This document shows, one piece after another, positions 62,033 through 64,000 of a DNA stretch of 64,000 nt. The DNA comes from Candidatus Aquivivens invisus (GTDB lineage: Bacteria; Omnitrophota; Gorgyraeia; Aquiviventales; Aquiviventaceae): positions 14,308 to 78,307 of the forward strand of contig MHGA01000006.1 in NCBI GenBank assembly GCA_001804415.1. Reading direction: 5' to 3'. The notes beneath the pieces were generated by a model. It saw only the letters and a program-made list of their open reading frames with translations, was not told the DNA's origin and ran no database searches. Each line of letters begins with the position of its first letter. Within the stretch, counting starts at the first letter, position 1. A program made the position numbers and the translations under genes.

Positions 62033-64000
62033 ATGTCGAACGGCGAACACGAGCCTCTGAAGGCGTTGTACGCCGGCCTGGCCCAGCGGCACGCGGCGCT
62101 GCGCAAGCGGTTGGGCCGCCCGCTGACGCTGGCCGAGAAGATTCTCGGCGCGCACGCGGCGGATGCCGAGACACAGGCCTTCGCCCGCGGCACCAGCTAC
62201 CTGACGCTGAAGCCCGATCGGGTGATCATGCAGGATGCCACCGCCCAGATGGCGATCCTCCAGTTCATGCTCGCCGGCCGAGACGCCGTGGCGGTGCCGA
62301 CGACGGTCCACTGCGATCACCTCATCCAGGCGCGCGTCGGAGCCTCCGGCGACATGCAGGCGGCGCTGGACGCCAACCGCGAGGTGTATGACTTCCTCCG
62401 CTCCGCGTCCCAGCGCTACGGGATGGGCTTCTGGCAGCCGGGGGCGGGCATCATTCATCAAGTGTTCCTGGAACAGTACGCGTTTCCCGGCGGGCTGATC
62501 ATCGGGACGGACTCGCACACCCCCAATGCCGGCGGCCTGGGGATGCTGGCGATTGGCGTGGGGGGATCGGAAGCGGCCGACGTGATGGCCGGGCTGCCAT
62601 GGGAAGTCAAATGCCCGAAGCTCATCGGCGTGCGGCTGACCGGACGCTTAAGCGGCTGGACCTCGCCGAAAGACGTCATCCTGAAGGTCTGCGGCCTCCT
62701 GACGACGAAAGGCGGTACGAACAAGATCCTCGAGTATTTCGGGGCCGGCACGCGCTCCATCAGTTGCACGGGCAAGGCGACGATCACGAACATGGGCGCG
62801 GAGCTGGGTGCGACCACCTCGGTGTTTCCGTTCGATGAGCGGATGAGCACGTATCTGCGCGCCACCGGCCGCGCCGGCGTGGCGGATCTGGCGCAGCGAC
62901 ACGCCGAGGACCTGGGAGCGGATCCGCAGGTCCAGGAGGACCCCCGGCGGTTCTACGACGAGGTCATTGAGATCGACCTTTCTTGGCTTGAGCCGCACAT
63001 CGTCGGGCCTCGTTCGCCCGACGTCGCGAGGCCGATTTCGCAATTGGCGAAGGACGTGGAGCGCGGCGGCTGGCCGCCCCAGATCAACGTTGCGCTGATC
63101 GGCAGTTGCACCAACTCCTCCTACGAAGATATCGGCCGCGCCGCCTCGGTGGCCCGGCAGGCCCGGCAGGCCGGCCTCAAGGCGAAATGCTACTTCCTGA
63201 TCACGCCGGGGTCGGATCAGATCTACGAGACGATCCGGCGCGACGGGCAGCTCGAAGCGCTGGAGGCGATCGGCGGCACGGTATTAGCGAATGCCTGCGG
63301 GCCGTGCATCGGCCAGTGGAGGCGCGATGACATCGCGCCCGGCGAAGTGAACTCGATCCTCACGTCGTTCAACCGCAACTTCCCGCGCCGCAACGACGGC
63401 ACCGCCGAGACGCTGGCGTTCATGGGCAGCCCAGAACTTGTGACCGCGATGGCGCTGGCGGCGGACCTGCGGTTCAATCCACTGACCGACTCGGTGGACA
63501 CGCCCGATGGACGCCGCGTGAAGCTGAGCCCTCCGGAGGCGCCGGAGCTGCCGTCCAACGGCTTTGCGCGCGGCATGGCGGGCTGCTTGCCGCCCCTGCC
63601 GCAGGCGGAGCGCCGGACGATCAGCGTGCTGGTGCCGCCGGGTAGCGAGCGGCTGCACGTATTGGAGCCGTTTCGGCCATGGAACGGGCGTGACTTCGAG
63701 CGCCTGCCGGTGTTGATCAAAGTCCGGGGGCAGTGCACCACCGACCACATCTCCCCGGCGGGGAAGTGGCTGCGGTTCCGCGGTCATCTGGATCGGATCA
63801 GCGACAACATGTTCACCGCCGCGGAAAACGTCTTCACGAAACACACCGGCATGGCGATCGATCAGCTCGATGGAAACGAGAAGCCGATCCCAGAGGCGGC
63901 GCGCCACTACAAGGCGGAGGGCTTGGGGTGGGTTGCCGTCGGCGATGAGAACTACGGGGAGGGCTCCAGCCGCGAGCACGCGGCCATGTCACCCCGGCAT
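62033..64000 (+). CDS. acnA: Aconitate hydratase (mitochondrial-type/AcnA-like), N-terminal 656 codons; continues beyond window
   Basis: Own translation: RVIMQDATAQMA, GSCTNSSYED, ANACGPCIGQW cluster-ligand motifs; not in ORF track because no stop within window. Confidence 0.85.
   Translation, partial: MSNGEHEPLKALYAGLAQRHAALRKRLGRPLTLAEKILGAHAADAETQAFARGTSYLTLKPDRVIMQDATAQMAILQFMLAGRDAVAVPTTVHCDHLIQARVGASGDMQAALDANREVYDFLRSASQRYGMGFWQPGAGIIHQVFLEQYAFPGGLIIGTDSHTPNAGGLGMLAIGVGGSEAADVMAGLPWEVKCPKLIGVRLTGRLSGWTSPKDVILKVCGLLTTKGGTNKILEYFGAGTRSISCTGKATITNMGAELGATTSVFPFDERMSTYLRATGRAGVADLAQRHAEDLGADPQVQEDPRRFYDEVIEIDLSWLEPHIVGPRSPDVARPISQLAKDVERGGWPPQINVALIGSCTNSSYEDIGRAASVARQARQAGLKAKCYFLITPGSDQIYETIRRDGQLEALEAIGGTVLANACGPCIGQWRRDDIAPGEVNSILTSFNRNFPRRNDGTAETLAFMGSPELVTAMALAADLRFNPLTDSVDTPDGRRVKLSPPEAPELPSNGFARGMAGCLPPLPQAERRTISVLVPPGSERLHVLEPFRPWNGRDFERLPVLIKVRGQCTTDHISPAGKWLRFRGHLDRISDNMFTAAENVFTKHTGMAIDQLDGNEKPIPEAARHYKAEGLGWVAVGDENYGEGSSREHAAMSPRH

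Overview
This is a 64-kb segment of a high-GC (about 65%) bacterial chromosome with compact, mostly operonic gene organisation. The gene content (futalosine-route menaquinone genes, split nuo genes, Cld-like protein) suggests a Nitrospirota/NC10/Rokubacteria-type lineage, but no lineage can be assigned from sequence alone. Every call below is made by eye from the translations and the DNA; no searches were run.

Gene content, in order:
- 1-7.6 kb: the 3' end of a plus-strand nuoI converges on pilT and a minus-strand nuoJKLMN block, which looks like an inverted half of a Complex I operon.
- 7.6-14 kb: M24 aminopeptidase, a 539-aa tandem-domain ThyX-like protein, a cytoplasmic Cld/HemQ-family protein, dienelactone hydrolase, a flavin reductase and a large membrane protein.
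- 14.3-25.1 kb: a near-complete futalosine-route menaquinone supercluster (MqnP-like UbiA prenyltransferase, UbiX/MqnL, UbiD/MqnM, two MqnC/MqnE radical-SAM paralogs flanking MqnA, and an MqnD-like gene). It is interrupted by a low-GC phd/yefM-vapC toxin-antitoxin island carrying a textbook sigma-70 promoter.
- 25-30 kb: a two-ORF (apparently frameshifted) mutY, erpA, a DUF2203-like ORF with no start codon, a thioredoxin-like ferredoxin and cstA.
- 30-47 kb: BI-1/YccA, an unlisted Zn-ribbon micro-ORF, hflKC, an MscS pseudogene fragment, an ArsB/NhaD-family transporter, MscS, a peptidoglycan-remodelling lipoprotein cluster (two PG-binding-domain proteins and an amidase), a sigma-54 two-component system, an APC permease, VanY/M15 peptidase and a TM-helix-repeat membrane protein.
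- 47-64 kb: YyaL, a bifunctional APH-like/P-loop kinase, MarR plus an outer-membrane factor (OMF) and an RND pump with no membrane-fusion adaptor, nadK, a fused MEMO-AMMECR1 protein, an HTTM-DCC fusion protein, cspA and the 5' part of aconitase.

Signals that do not fit an ordinary gene-by-gene annotation:
- Five tracts of tandem heptanucleotide repeats. Three of them sit immediately 3' of an ATG that is in frame with the downstream gene (nuoL, mqnA, memo-ammecr1), and two form long inverted arrays. This raises the possibility of slipped-strand ON/OFF switching of the downstream genes (phase variation).
- A three-copy, roughly 95-nt two-hairpin module. On the minus strand it ends in an intrinsic terminator; the stems differ between copies but stay complementary.
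- Four paralogs of a small secreted Gly-rich protein.
- Two tandem hairpins with a compensatory base change at the 3' end of the first mqnC/E gene.
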